Assembly (NCBI GenBank): GCA_964252035.1
Contig: OZ176202.1
From: Podarcis erhardii
Lineage: Eukaryota
Length of the DNA: 64,000 bases
Direction: 5' to 3' (one strand)
The position numbers were made by a program, and so were the translations under genes. The stretch's first letter is position 1; every line of letters begins with the position of its first letter. Of the stretch, positions 23,915 through 36,870 are shown piece after piece. Below the pieces are notes generated by a model. That model ran no database searches. It worked only from the letters and a program-made list of their open reading frames with translations, and had not been told where the DNA came from.

Positions 23915-25389
23915 CTTAAATACGTTCAGCTGCTGATTTATCGTCTCAATTTCCATTCCAACAGACCCCTGGGACTCTTCATGCTCTTCAACTTCCCCAA
24001 GCAGTTTAGAAAACCCCTTTAGTTTACTGTAGAACTCTTCAACGCGGCTAATAGTCCCTTCAATCTGTTCATCTCTGGCTTTTGCTCTATCTAGCAACTT
24101 GTTGCACTGCTTATTTAAAGCCTCCAAGTCCCTTTTTATACCTGCAAGATCTGGAGAAGCTTCAGCTTCATTTGCTAGCATCATTTTGCAGGTATTATTT
24201 GCATTTTCATTACTGGTTATGAGTTCCTCCAACTTTTTCAGGAAAGTTTTTATATCCTTTCGCTGTGACTGCAGTGTGACAAGATCCCTACCCACAGAAT
24301 CCATGCTGTCCAATTCATCGTCGAACTCTGCAAACTGAGAAAACATCTCTCGGATGCTGTTTTGGAAATGGCCAATTCCCTGGAGTTTAGTCTCCAGGAA
24401 TGAACATTTATCTTCAACCTGCTGACTGATGGTGCTGAATTCTTCTTCTAATGTTTCTGCCTGCAACAAGAGGTCAGAGACACCTGATGAATCTGAAGCA
24501 TCTGCCACCAGTTCTTGGGCAAGCTTTTTTGTAAGGTCCACTTGAGCCTTCACAGCCTGGAGTGTTTTCTGCTGAGCCTGCATAATCGTCAAGTGTTTGT
24601 TACTGTAAGTCTGGGGTTTGAGAGAATCGTGTGTTTCCAGCTGTTCTCTGACATTCTTCAGCTGCTCTTCAACATCCTTTGATGACTCTTGAAACTCTTT
24701 CAGTCTCTGAGACATCTTTTCCAGACCATCTCTCTTAGCATGCAGTTGTTCTGTGACTATATCCATGTTCTGGATCAGCAGTGTCTTCTCCTCTTCAATA
24801 ATGTCTTTGTCTGTCTGACAGGCACTGAGTAATGTTTCAGCTGCATTACATAATAGCTCCACCAACCCTTGGTGTTTGTCTAGGTCCTTCTGCCAGCTCT
24901 TCACCTGAGTGATGGAATTCTCTAGTCGAGCAGGATCTATGCTCATTTCTATTTGAGAGATATTGCTTTGGCATTTCGCTATCCAGGGTTGTAGGTTTTC
25001 TACATGCTCTCTGTATCTAAGGGCTTTTTCCAAACAATCATTTAATTTATCTTGCCTTTCTTTAACTTGCTTGTTCATTTCATCCCAGTTACCTCTGAGC
25101 AAGTTCAGCTGGGCCTGCAGCTCAGCCTTTTCCGCTCCCTGAGTCTTCTGGAGTAAACTTTCGCCTTCTGCGATGATTTTTTCATAAGAACCAGTCTGGT
25201 CAGACAAGGCAGCCTTGAACTCTTTCTGATCATCAATTAATGTCCACAGAGACTCCAGCTTGGTAGAGATGGGACAAGGCTGATTCTGTTCTTCCTTCTT
25301 TTTGTCCAACCAGGCCTGAAAGTCCTTAGACATTTGCTGGAACTGATGAGAACTAACGTAAGTTGACTGAAGTTGCTCAATGTGATTGC
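23915..25389 (-). CDS. DST: DST large exon, 1475 nt, several spectrin repeats (GNHIEQLQ...QQLNVFK), phase 1 to 0
   Basis: ctgcag|GC acceptor, AAG|gtaaga donor; 533-aa ORF 23888..25489. Confidence 0.96.
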
Positions 25390-25902
25390 CTGCAGAAGAC
25401 AAACAAACAAACAAACAAACAAAAGTTCTTAAAATCCGTGTCTTTGAGTGGCTTCTAACTAGGATTTTGGTTGATTTTAATTTAATCAAAGAAACATTAT
25501 GTTATAGGAAAATGCACCCTATTGCAATTTGAGATGTTTTATTAAACATTATTCTTCATTGGAGCTTGTTAGCTGATGAGTTTATTGAAGACCACCAGAT
25601 TGGAAAATAATAGTATTGCAGCCTAAAATAATAACCCCTTGGATAATAATAATAATCCCTTGACAACAAGGGATTCTTGAGGGTGGGGAACTAATCAGGT
25701 AACCAGGATAGTATGATCACTAGTGCCACTTTAAACATCACAAACATAAACAACATGCACTATGAACAGTAAAGCTTGCAGTAATCCCTCAACAGTCATT
25801 GAGATAAAATGCTTCCAAAGATCACTGCCAGTCCTGTTACAAGATTACAGAACTCCTGTTGGGACTCCCTTGTTGAGTCTGAAACACACCCTCCCCAAAG
25901 GA

Positions 25903-26148
25903 AGGGCTCATCCATACTTGTCCTGTGCCTAGAAAGCACAGGTCCAAGCAGTTTTCTGCTTGCCTAGCTAATTCAGTTTCCTTGCCTGGAAAGCACGGGT
26001 CCAAGCGGCTTTGCCCTGTCACTTTCCCCTGGAAAACCCGCCCTTTAGTGCTAAACGGAACAAATAGCAATCAGGTTTTGCCGTGTGCTCTGATTCAGCA
26101 CTAAACCGCCAATTTCTCCAGGGGCATATAGAAGTGTGGATGAACCCT
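25903..26148. mobile_element. PIF/Harbinger-type MITE (truncated relative at ~5950-6030)
   Basis: 17-bp TIRs agggctcatccatactt / aagtgtggatgaaccct; internal ~58-bp-spaced duplication of tgcctrgaaagcacrggtccaagc. Confidence 0.6.
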
Positions 26149-26429
26149 AAGCCTATCTGAAACTGTGGCATGGTCAAGACAAATACATAAAGGTTGGAGA
26201 AATATATGTATTTTCCCTACATAAATTTCACATAGAAGCATTAATTTACAATGTGTAAATACATATACAATATGTAAATACATATGGTAAATACATATAC
26301 AATCTACTGTCAATCACATGTCATTTGATACCTTAAAAAATTCAAATAACTGGCATAGTCTAGAAATATGCAGCTATTCTCACCCACCCATTCATAGAAT
26401 CTAGGCCCTCAATATCATCTCATCTCATT

Positions 26430-26559
26430 TGATGTGGTTTATTTATTGTTTATGACTTTTCTAATTATGTAAATCTTGTCATGCTGTAAGCCGCCTTGAG
26501 CATTGTTTTTTTAACTGTGGAAAGGTGACATACAAATAAAAAATGATGATGATGATGAT
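26430..26559 (+). mobile_element. L2-type 3' tail with a (GAT)n end, 8 bp from a DST donor
   Basis: tgtaagccgccttgag...gaaaggtgacatacaaat followed by (gat)5. Confidence 0.6.
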
Positions 26560-26566
26560 AACAAAC

Positions 26567-27062
26567 CTGCTTTTTGTTCCATATCATGAAAGGGTTTTAA
26601 GATACCATCCAATTGCCTAGCTAGTTCAGCTTTCAAGTAATCTTCTGCCACCAGTGCGGACAATTCCTTGCACAGAGCTTGAGCAGCCTTTCTCTTTGGC
26701 ATTTCCTGTTCAATTTCTTCTTTCACTTCTCTGGCCACTTCCAGTTGCCGCTTCACAGAATCAGGGTCTGTACTTATAGCCAGGCTGCTGTTGAGTTTAT
26801 CATCCAAGACACTAAGCTTCTCAGAAAGGCTTTTCAGGCAGCTTTGATATTCTGTGCTTTTAACAATGGCTTGGTCGATTCGGTTGCATCGGTCACTCAG
26901 CTGTCCTGTTAAGCCATCCCATTTCTGCGCCACAGCGGCCAGTTGCTGCTTCACCATTTCGTGAGAAGGTGGGTGTTCACCTGGTCTCTTCATTATCCCT
27001 TGTCCAGCTGTGTTCAGCTGCTCATATTGGGGTTTTCGAGTGTCAAACTCATTGAGCAGAAT
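26567..27062 (-). CDS. DST: DST exon, 496 nt ([16 protein letters not shown]...MEQKA), phase 0 to 1
   Basis: catcag|ATT acceptor, GCAG|gtttgt donor; ORF 26511..26993. Confidence 0.94.
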
Positions 27063-28419
27063 CTGATGTGAGAAAGTAATTTCAGGAAAGTGTAAGGAAA
27101 CACAGATATCACAAACTGTTACTAGCCATTTACCTAGTGTAGCATCCTAGGCTGATGAGTACATGAAATACCGGTAGCTCTTTGTCGTAAAAATAAATTC
27201 ATTCTGCCAGTATAGCTTTAAGGTAGGTTAATATATTCATATTTATCCCTTACGGCTGGTTCAGACAACCTGCTGATCCAGTACTGCAACCCATGATGTG
27301 GAAGAGCAGGTGCACCCTGCGTGAACTCCACCATGCATATACTATCACTAAGGATAAAGAGGCACCTTGGAAAACACCTGATCTGCATGCCCCAGTCTCC
27401 TGCTTTGAGACACATGTTAAATGAATCAACCTGAGCATTGACACGTGTGGATGAAGCAGTCACCGTGGTTTTAATCTCATCGGACATCACCTCAAACAAT
27501 ACTTCTCAATTAAAGTGCACATGTTCGTTTCACTGCAATTTATGGAACCATGAATGTTGAGGGCCAAACAAGCCCATACAGATCACTGCTCCAAGGGTTT
27601 ACTATGTCTAGTTGTTAGCTTTCCTGCTTGACTTCTAAAAGAAGAAGAAAACTTCTTAGAAGACAGTTCTAAGAGCAGAAGACCATCAAATGAATGCTTC
27701 CGGTCCCATGTCTGTCAAAATAATGGGAAGTGGGTAGGGGTGGGTACTGGGTGGGGAGGAGTGGTGGGTAGGGGTGCTCAACCTCTCCCACATGTCCTCA
27801 TTCTCCTCTGCAAAAGGCAAACAAATCCAGGTTGTTGTTTCCCCCAGTCAAAGCTAACTCCTGATTTTGGAAGCCGGTGTGTGCTGAAGGGGGAAATTAT
27901 ACACTTATGTGGGAATATTTGGAAGGAAGAATCAGTGAGTGGGCAAAGATTAAGCACCTCCTACTACACTTCCAAGTGTCATCACATACCATGCAACAGC
28001 ATTAGGAGGGAAAGATGACAGTGAGACTCCATATTTCCTTTCCAATACCTATACTGGTCGTGAGTGTGGAATATTTTGTAATTCACGTGTGATTGATACT
28101 TGCTTATATATGCACAGAGTCATAGAAGAAAGGCGCTGCCATTCATTTTCCCCTGCTGAAAACTTTAACCTCTAGCTGCACTTCTCTCACCACACAGAAG
28201 CCCTTTTTTGTCATTATTAACATTATTAGTTCCATTTTTATTTATTTTTTAGAAAACTGATTGTTGTTTGGTGCTTTCATATTTGTTTTCAGAACTACAC
28301 TCCACCAAAAAAAGGATAAACCAAATTGGTGATGGGTCTACAATAGCAGTGTTTTCAATCCAGGAAGCACAAGCAAACAAATAATATGCAAATAATATGC
28401 AATGGGACCAAATGTTCAC

Positions 28420-28619
28420 CTGAACTTGCTGCTTCTGCGTGTTCAACATATTTGGGTCAATTGACAGTGGTCCAAGCACGCTGACCATTAATTCTTTTTC
28501 TACCAGCCACTGTTTTAACTGAGCCTCGGTTGCCTGGAACTGGGTCAGGTAATTTGATGACTCTTCCAGTTTTTTCTGTCTGTCAGCTGTTACCTGGCTG
28601 AGTTCCCTCCATTTGGAAT
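28420..28619 (-). CDS. DST: DST exon, 200 nt (DSKWRELSQ...QKQQVQ), phase 1 to 0
   Basis: tcacag|AT acceptor, CAG|gtgaac donor. Confidence 0.94.
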
Positions 28620-29366
28620 CTGTGAAAAAATGAATGGAATATTTTGTAAAATTGCATGATAATCGTAGTAATTTAACTTGAAATAGTCAAACAAATAAAC
28701 AATGGCAGTGGTTTGCTGTGGACATGCAGATGGTTCCTGCTGTACTTCTCTACTAGAACAAGGGGGAGGAACAAACCATGATCCCTGGGCTTAACTTTAC
28801 ACCCAACCTGGGGATCTTGGTTTGGTTTGCTCACACAGGCCACAATCAAGAAACCGAGAACAAGCTTTGGCAAACGAAAAGCAGGGCTTGTTTTCAAATG
28901 CCAAGCTGGGGATTCTGATTTTGCAAGTGGGAGGAACAAACCACAAGCCCTGGCTTAGTATTATATAACGGTGCGTTTGTTTCAGTCCAAACAAACCACA
29001 ATGAAAAGCCAAGGTTTATGCTTGACTTCCGAATTGTGGTTTGTTTGAGTTAAGCAAACCAAGATCCCTGGGTTGGACGCAACGTTAAGCCATGGATGAT
29101 AGATTATAGTTCCCATGAGCTGTTTTATTCTGACATGTGGCTGTGGCCAGTGCCTTTTAAAATATAAGATCTGATAGGATAGACCAAACCTCATAAGCCA
29201 GTAGTCATGTATGAACAAAAGCATGTCCAGAAGAGGTTTCTAGTATGTCATGTGGATGAGGTGCAATGCTTCTCTCCAAAGCTCACAGACATTCAATCTG
29301 TGGTTTGTTTTGCCAAATGTTAGATTGTTGTCCTTCTCCTACACTGCAGAATAAAACTTGCCATAC

Positions 29367-29496
29367 CTATTTTATCCAACATCTGTTTCCATTTCGGTGC
29401 CTCAGGAGAGTCTGGGTTCTTCTCCAATAGCTCTGTCACTCTATCCTTCAGTTCTTGCACTTTATTCTCATTCTGTTTCAATTCTGTTTCAAATAG
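29367..29496 (-). CDS. DST: DST exon, 130 nt ([17 protein letters not shown]...MLDKI), phase 0 to 1
   Basis: tcatag|CTA acceptor, ATAG|gtatgg donor; found by manual translation (too short for the ORF track). Confidence 0.92.
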
Positions 29497-29823
29497 CTAT
29501 GAAGAATGAACATTGTAGTCTTGAGAATACATAAAAACCAAAGTGTTTGGCAGAAGCGGTGATTCATTGAGATGATCTCTTAATCTGTTTAGGCAGCTCT
29601 GATACATTTTATCACAGGTATGCAATCTAACTTCTGATCCTATGCCTGATAAGACATTTTTAATGGTGTTTCCATAAGGAATCAGTGCAAAGTGCTAATA
29701 TATTGCTGTACTGTTACATATATTATTAAACAGACCCTGTCCATTAATATGAACAGGAAGCTCACTTTAAAAATTAATTATGCTTAATTGATAGTTTTGA
29801 ACAGAGGGGGAGACAGAAACTAC

Positions 29824-30059
29824 CTTGTGTTGATCGACGTGCTCTTTAACAGCCTCATTGTCAATAAGAGTTGCTTCCCATTTGGCTGCAGCAGTGTCCA
29901 TATTCTGTAACCATTCCATCATTGAATTTGATTCTCTTTGAATGTTTTGCATATTTGAAAGAGTGGATTCCAGTTCCGATCTTTTTTCCTTCAGTACAGC
30001 TCCCAAATCATCATAACTATGGCTTACAGTTGACATGTTGTGTTGGACAGTGGTCACTT
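29824..30059 (-). CDS. DST: DST exon, 236 nt (EVTTVQHNM...VDQHK), phase 1 to 0
   Basis: ttgcag|AA acceptor, AAG|gtagtt donor; ORF 29767..30078. Confidence 0.92.
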
Positions 30060-31330
30060 CTGCAAGAGAGGTGGACATACATTGTTATTTTTATTATTAT
30101 TTTACCAGTCGTGACAGCAAGAAAGGATGCAAATACTATACATTAAAAGTTTTTAATCCTTCCATGAAATAATAAGCAGAATAATTGGTTACAGTCATTT
30201 CTTTCTTACAAAGCTGATACCCCAATATGAGTAGATTAAGAATGAACCAGTTACCAGGCTGATGAAAGTGGATTTTTTAATTCTTTTGTACAGAAATACT
30301 GTATTGTATAAGGACTTCTGAAAGAAAATTCTGCATGAAGACAAGCATTATTTTGGTTTCTAATTTAAGGGTTTTGGAACACAGCTAGTTATCACCATCC
30401 TAATTTCAACATCTGATTTCTTAGGAAAACCAAGGTGTTCCAGAGCCTGTTAGAGTACGATGTGTGCATGCTAATTTTTGATTAAAACAAACCTTAAAAA
30501 CCATGCCTGTTAATTTTAAATATATACTGCTGTTGTTTTCTGTTAACACATGCAAAAGATTCAAGAATGAGGCTCAGGATGATAACAGCTAGGCAGGCCA
30601 AACACAATAATATAAGAGGTTAGTCTGTTTGGGGCCTTTCTGAATTCCACCCCTGTTTGGATGGTTGCAATGTTCTAACTCAAGGCCAAAGTAGAGGCAA
30701 AATGGGAGATACATGGAGTATCTTTTATTTTCCCCTTAAGGACAGCTGTGGAACTCCAAATTGGACTGGAATAGTTAGTAGGAAAGGGGGAATCTGTCCT
30801 TTTTCAATGAACATCACACACACACACCCCGCTGCTTCCCTCCTCCCTTTTAGCTGAAGTAAAGTTCAAATGAATGGTGTGAGAGACTCCACATATCTCC
30901 AATGTCACATCTACTTTGGCTCTCCAGTATAAGCAGCTTCTTATATTCATATGTTATCTTGGGTCACTTGATAGTCAAGTCACTTCTTAAAAACAGTGAA
31001 CTCCACCTAGTAGAGATAACAACCTTGCTACTGTTGCTACTCATGATTACTTCTTAATGGATTAAAAAGCCAAGAAATAACTGCTTATCTTGTCTTGGCT
31101 CTCAATTAACCACAATCACTAGTTCACCCACTGAAACCAGACAGAAGTTGAATTAAGCGGATGCATGCATATACATAGACATATACATATATATGTCAAA
31201 GTGTAGAAGACTCCAGCTAAATAGGGGGTCTTGACTGTTATTTAGAAAATTCTATTAAAATGGGACAAATTATAAACATCTTATGCTTGCTCACAAGATT
31301 TATGTATTTAGGTGAGCCATTATTAGTCAC

Positions 31331-31399
31331 CTTTGTTTGTTAGGAATCCCTGGGTATCTGTAGCTGCTCCTTCACCATTTAATACTGTTCCGCTTACAG
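31331..31399 (-). CDS. DST: DST small symmetric exon, 69 nt (AVSGTVLNGEGAATDTQGFLTNK), phase 1 to 1
   Basis: tttcag|CT acceptor, AAAG|gtgact donor; the VLNGEG motif matches my recollection of the dystonin linker. Confidence 0.85.
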
Positions 31400-34169
31400 C
31401 TGAAAGAGAGAGATTAGAGATTTAGAGCAGGATTCAACTAAGGAATTCAGTCAGCAGAAGCCCCGAGCAAGGACTTCCACTTGTATTATGGAGTCTCCCC
31501 CACACATGTTCCCCAACTGGCTCAGGGCAGGTCAAGAGAATCCCTGGAACAGTAAGCAGGGGAGAGGAGGGATCATTCCATCTGGCAAGCTTGTCCTGAT
31601 GGAGCAATCACCATAATGCAATGTTGGGTTCTTCCCTCATTGTTCAGACACTATGGAAGTATTTGATCCCATTTCAAACCAATTTAAGGGCCAAACTAGA
31701 TGTAGCATAGGCAGGTGAACAGCTCTCCCACTGCATTTAGAAGAACAGCCTCGGAGATATGTGTGTCTCACTGGAATCATGGTGCTAGGAAGTAATGGTT
31801 TAACCCTTTCCCCAGTGCCATTTTCCCCATGAAAATCACCCCCATTGAAGATGCTATTTGCTCCATGGGGGGTAATGTTCAGATACCATCACTCATAGTT
31901 AATGCTAACCAAATGTTTAGGTCCAGACAATACAATAAATTGTGGAGAAAGGGGAGCATGTGAGAACAAGGCTCACCTAGGCTCATTTATGTTATGGTAA
32001 ATTATGGTTTAGTGTGACATGTGAATGCAGTCATAGCATGACTTGCCTAAAGCACCCAGTGAGTTAATGGATAAGCAGTGTGTTGAAGCCAATTCTTTTT
32101 TTTATTCTTATTTATAAAAATATTTGTATACTGCATACTGAGAGAGAGATTTTCAACAATAATGTAAAACCAAGGTCTAAGACTATTATGTGTGTCACAC
32201 TGGTCTTAGTGGTTTAAGAGTAGACTAGTTATAAGTGGGATCTTCATAACAACAAAATTTTAAGGATATTTTTACAAAATCAGTCCCAAATCAGCTCAAC
32301 CCAAGTGCTGTCATAACTGTAAACATAAAGATACATGCTAATATCATCATGACATTATAACTTTGGCAGAAATACTTGTGTACAAAGCCTTCTGTGAGAA
32401 GCTGTCCTAAGCATAAAATAACACTGCTGCAGACTAATTGTGAAAGCCACATGTATCCATTATTTGCAGCTTGGAATTTGGAGCCCAATCACTCTCTGAT
32501 TGCAGATTGCCTGTTCTAAACATTTTAAAGCAAAATATAATACATATTTGTACCCAGCATAACTGAATTGGTATATACAGAACTTGTTCTGAGCTGTTAT
32601 CAGTACCCATGTCTAAAATCTTGAATGAAACATGCCTTAAGTCATCAGCTCACAATATTCCATGTAATTGCAGTTCTGTGATTCCATGCATTGTGGAACA
32701 AAGACCCCAAAACATTTGTGGTACACTGATTTAGAACAGACAAAATGCGGAATGAGAGGGTTTCCAAAGTTAAATTTTGGTGTAAAACTTTGTTTTGTGT
32801 TTACAGATTTTCCACACTGTGAAATTAACTTCAAAAACCCTGCCCCCCTTTTAGCTGTTCCACAGGCAATTTCATGAGTACCCATTATTTATGAAGGGAA
32901 TAAGAGCGCTAAGTAGAATCTACTGTATGTCTATGTAAGTAGAGAGCCTGAAGATGATTATTTAATGGAGTAGAATTAATGGTTGCCTTGGAGAAGGCCA
33001 AGCATTCACCCCTCACCACCAGCTGGAAAGTGAGTGCTAGCCTAATGGCAGCTGGGAAATGGTGAGAGCAAGTAAGTCAGCCAAGTAAGTGAGATGTTCA
33101 CATACTAAGATACTGAGACTTTTCTATATTTCCCATGAGGGAAACATTTATCATTGGCACAAAACTCAGGGTACTTGAACTCACTCATAATGAACCCAAT
33201 AAAGAAATGATTAACACATTTAGTAAACAAATTCTGAACAGATATTTTACCCTTTTAAAATAACATTATTTCAAGTACACAAAGTTCTGTTGGTACGAAT
33301 ACTAAAAATTACTGTCTGCGGCTTAACAACTTGAGACCAGTATACTTAAAGAATTGCCCTACACCAAATGTGCCTATTTGCTTACTTCACATTTACAAGT
33401 GCCACACAATGTTCATTCCACATTTGAGAGAAGTCATTCCTTTAGCATAGCAGCACTTGTCTTCTGAAACTCTCTGTCTGTTGGCATTAAGCAGGTTCCT
33501 TCACAATACTGTTTTATGTACCTACTGAAAACTTTTCTGTTGTAGGAAGCCTCTCCAGACACATGATTTGCTTTTTTATTTTATTTTTTTTGAACAAGCA
33601 GCATATAAATTTTCTAAATTAGAGCAGTACTTGCCCTGAATTTAGTTGCCCTTTACTGCTGGATTCATTAGTCCATACTAAAAAATGGAAATTGTTCTGA
33701 TTTAGGAGGATAAGCTACACTTCTTTTTGAAAAAGAGGATCTGATCTCCAAAGTGCACACAAACCGAGGTTTTCAGTCTATGCTGTTCCGATAACCCATA
33801 CAGCTAGCAGGAAGTGGCACAACCTGCATGGGTCATATGGTACTCATGCTACCTGCATTTTCACAGGACACTACCTGAACTCTGAACTGTGCATTGAGAG
33901 CTGAGTCAGGAGCATGGAAAGCTAGCATCTGGGAACACTCTAAGAAGGGACTGGAGGCAGAATTTTAATCATAAGATGAAGAGGTTTGGAAATTCTCAGC
34001 CAGAGGAGCAAGTACAGTGGTTGCAGACCTCAGAACACACTGAGGTGGTAGTAGAAGGTACAGCATACAAAACAATTCATGCTCCTCCCCAAAGAAGAGG
34101 GAATTGTGTGGTGGTATCAGGTGACTCTCTACAGAGGACAGAGGCAGCAGTGTGCCAAAAAATGACTCA

Positions 34170-35632
34170 TGGTTTCAGTTTTCTCTATACAAATGCACAG
34201 AGTACGGGAAACAAGCAAGAAAAACTTGAGCTCAGAATACAGGATGGCAAATATTATCTAATAGGCATTACTGGAACCTGGTGGAATGAGACTGGAATGA
34301 AGGAATTGAGGGGTATGACTCATTCAAAAGGAATAGATCAAACAAGAAGGGGGAGAAATAGCATTACATGTAAAAGAAGTGTACACTTGTGAAGAGATCC
34401 ATGAGACTATATGGGTAAAAATGGTAGGAGAAGGAACAGCAGTGACTTTGGACTGAAGACTTGGATGAAGCCTTCCTAGAGCTGATTGTCAAACATTCAA
34501 AAAGGAAAGATATAGTAGTCATGGGAGACTTCAACTACCCCAATATCTGTTGGAACTCAAACTCTGCCAAGAATTTAGGTAAAGGTAAAGGGACCCCTGA
34601 CCATTAGGTCCAGTCGTGACCGACTCTGGGGTTGCGACGCCCATCTCACTTTACTGGCCGAGGGAGCCGGCGTACAGCTTCCGGGTCATGTGGCCAGCAT
34701 GACTAAGCCGCTTCTGGCGAACCAAAGTAGCGCACGGAAACGCCGTTTACCTTCCCACCAGAGCGGTACCTATTTATCTACTTGCACTTTGACGTTCTTT
34801 CGAACTGCTAGGTTGGCAGGAGCAGGGACCGAGCAACGGGAGCTCACCCCGTCGCGGGGATTCGAACTGCCGATCTTCTGATCGGCAAGTGCTAGGCTCT
34901 GTGGTTTAACCCACAGCACCACCCGCGTCCCTTAGCCAAGAATTTAAGGTCCAACAAATCCCACAATTGGCTCTCTGACCATTTCATTTCCCAAAAGGTA
35001 GAAGAAGCAACAAGAGGGTCATCTATATTGGACCTGGTCCTCACCAACAGGGAGGAGCTGATCAAAAAGGTGGAAATACTCAGAAACCTAAGAGGAAGTG
35101 ATCATGCCCTCCTGGTTTCATGATACAGAGGAGAAGGGAAAGCTGAGTGTAGTCAAGAGATGCACTCTGGACTTTAAGAAGCTCAATTTCAAAAAGTTTA
35201 AGGAGCTACTGGGAGAAATCCCATGGTCAGAAATATTCAAAAGATAAGTGAGCCCCAGATAGATGGGAGTTTATTATAGGTGAAATATTAAAGGCCCAAA
35301 TGCCAATAATTCCAACAAGAAAGAAAAGCAGGAGGTAGCTAAAGAAACTGGTGTGGCTGCATAAGGAGCTGACAGATTAGCTGAGATGTACGAAGGGAAT
35401 GTATTATAAATGGAAGAAAGGAGAAATCACAAAGGAAGGGTAGATACAAGTATCCAACAGTTGCAAGGAGGTCAGGCAGGCCAAAGCTCAGAATGAAGTC
35501 AGGTTTGCAAGAGAGGTTAAAAATAACTTTAAAAGCTTATTCAGCTATGTTCGAAGCAAGAAGCAAGAACAATCAAGTAATAGGGCCCTTGTGTGAAGAA
35601 AACAGAAAAATGCTATTGAGTGACAGAGAGAA
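34170..35632 (+). mobile_element. Degraded CR1 LINE ORF2 fragment (APE endonuclease region and downstream linker)
   Basis: Translated motifs LYTNAQSTGNKQE, IVVMGDFNYPNICW, ILDLVLTN, GSDH, ELLGEIPW; stops and frameshifts present. Confidence 0.9.
34578..34934 (-). mobile_element. Sauria SINE, full length, inserted into a CR1 LINE
   Basis: Reverse complement of the 19788 copy (~90% identical by manual comparison); 12-bp TSD GCCAAGAATTTA at 34566-34577 and 34935-34946. Confidence 0.93.
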
Positions 35633-35651
35633 GTATTTTTCTAAACTGAAA

Positions 35652-35704
35652 TAGCTCAGTCGGTACAGCATGAAACTCTGAATCTCAGGGTCATGGGTTC
35701 AAGC
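35652..35704 (+). pseudogene. tRNA-Lys(CTT)-derived fragment (tRNA pseudogene or SINE head)
   Basis: tagctcagtcggtacagcatgaaactctgaatctcagggtcatgggttcaagc aligns to tRNA-Lys D, anticodon and T arms; anticodon loop mutated, no acceptor stem. Confidence 0.7.
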
Positions 35705-35939
35705 TGTGTACCAATGGCTCAGGCTTTTCTTATACCACCTGTGACCTAATGTACTGCCAAATATTGAAATGATAATGATAACCTTAAAATTCATGTCTAT
35801 CAAGCAATCTGGCATGTTTCCCCAACTATTGATCTAGGGAGCTAATAAAGACGTGTGTGTGTGTGTGTGTGTTCTGTATTAGCTATTTAGTTTCATTCAC
35901 ATGTACTTTTAAATATGTAGAAATGTCCATTGAACATAC

Positions 35940-36063
35940 CTGATTTTACTCCCCTTGACCTTGCAGGGGAAGTCACAGCACTAATTAGGTTGCATAATGC
36001 TGTTCCTCTGCTAATCATTTTCTGAATGTCAGGTGCCTTCGAACTCCATTCCTCCTCCAAATG
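35940..36063 (-). CDS. DST: DST exon, 124 nt (HLEEEWSSKAPDIQK...RGVKS), phase 0 to 1
   Basis: tcttag|CAT acceptor, TCAG|gtatgt donor; manual translation gives LCNLISAVTSPA. Confidence 0.9.
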
Positions 36064-36870
36064 CTAAGAAATGAACAAGATGTTATTTTCAACTACTGAC
36101 TATATTTGTAAGCGTAACAAAAAACATTCCACTCTAGATGGGCTGGACATGGCCAGAAATTATCTCATCATGCCACACATCCCACTTGCTCTATCATCAA
36201 ACTGTGCCCTGCCATTTCTCATTTATGACCCAAAAACTGGAGTGAACATTTTTTAAAAAGTGAGATAGCAGAACTCTCAAACGAAATAGGGCTGGGAAGA
36301 TGTACTGGTACTAAAATACTGTAAGTACTTTACTCATATTTAAACCATGCCCAGTTTCTTCTTATAAAATTTGAATCATATACAGCAATAGTTTGTGTTG
36401 AAACCTAAAAAACCTAGCTAAAAAATGGAACCAAAGGTATCTGTCTCAGTCTAGCAATTAGTTGAAAGCCAAGTTCTCCGCACTTGCAAGAATTTCCCTA
36501 TTCACTAATGCGTGCGGCTGCGCACATACATCCTTTTGCACACACAGAGGTGTCTTTTGCTTTGAAGTGAGTTGGTAAGTTCTTGCAAGTGCATCGTTTG
36601 TCCCTTGGAGCTGTGTCATTATGGTCAGTGGTCAACTAAGTTTTACTAGATGTACACCCATTGAAATAACGGACCTAACTTAGTCATTAATTTCCATGGA
36701 TCTACACTGAGTAAAACCCAGTTGAATACCAATGAAAGATATAATTCAAAAGATCTACAGCGTTCCTACTTAATTCTTTGAGACCAAAAGAACACAATCA
36801 GTTGACAGATCAACTGACATACAAATCCAATTAATGAAATTATTGTCAGAAATGATAAGAAGTCTCTCAC

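Noticed and set aside
25392-25425. (TTTG)n tract at the acceptor of the 1475-nt exon as another distant branch point case
   Set aside because: Adenosines resume about 36 nt upstream, within the normal branch-point range
33976-34392. 138-aa plus-strand ORF as a novel gene
   Set aside because: It is the decayed start of CR1 ORF2 (LYTNAQSTGNKQE motif)
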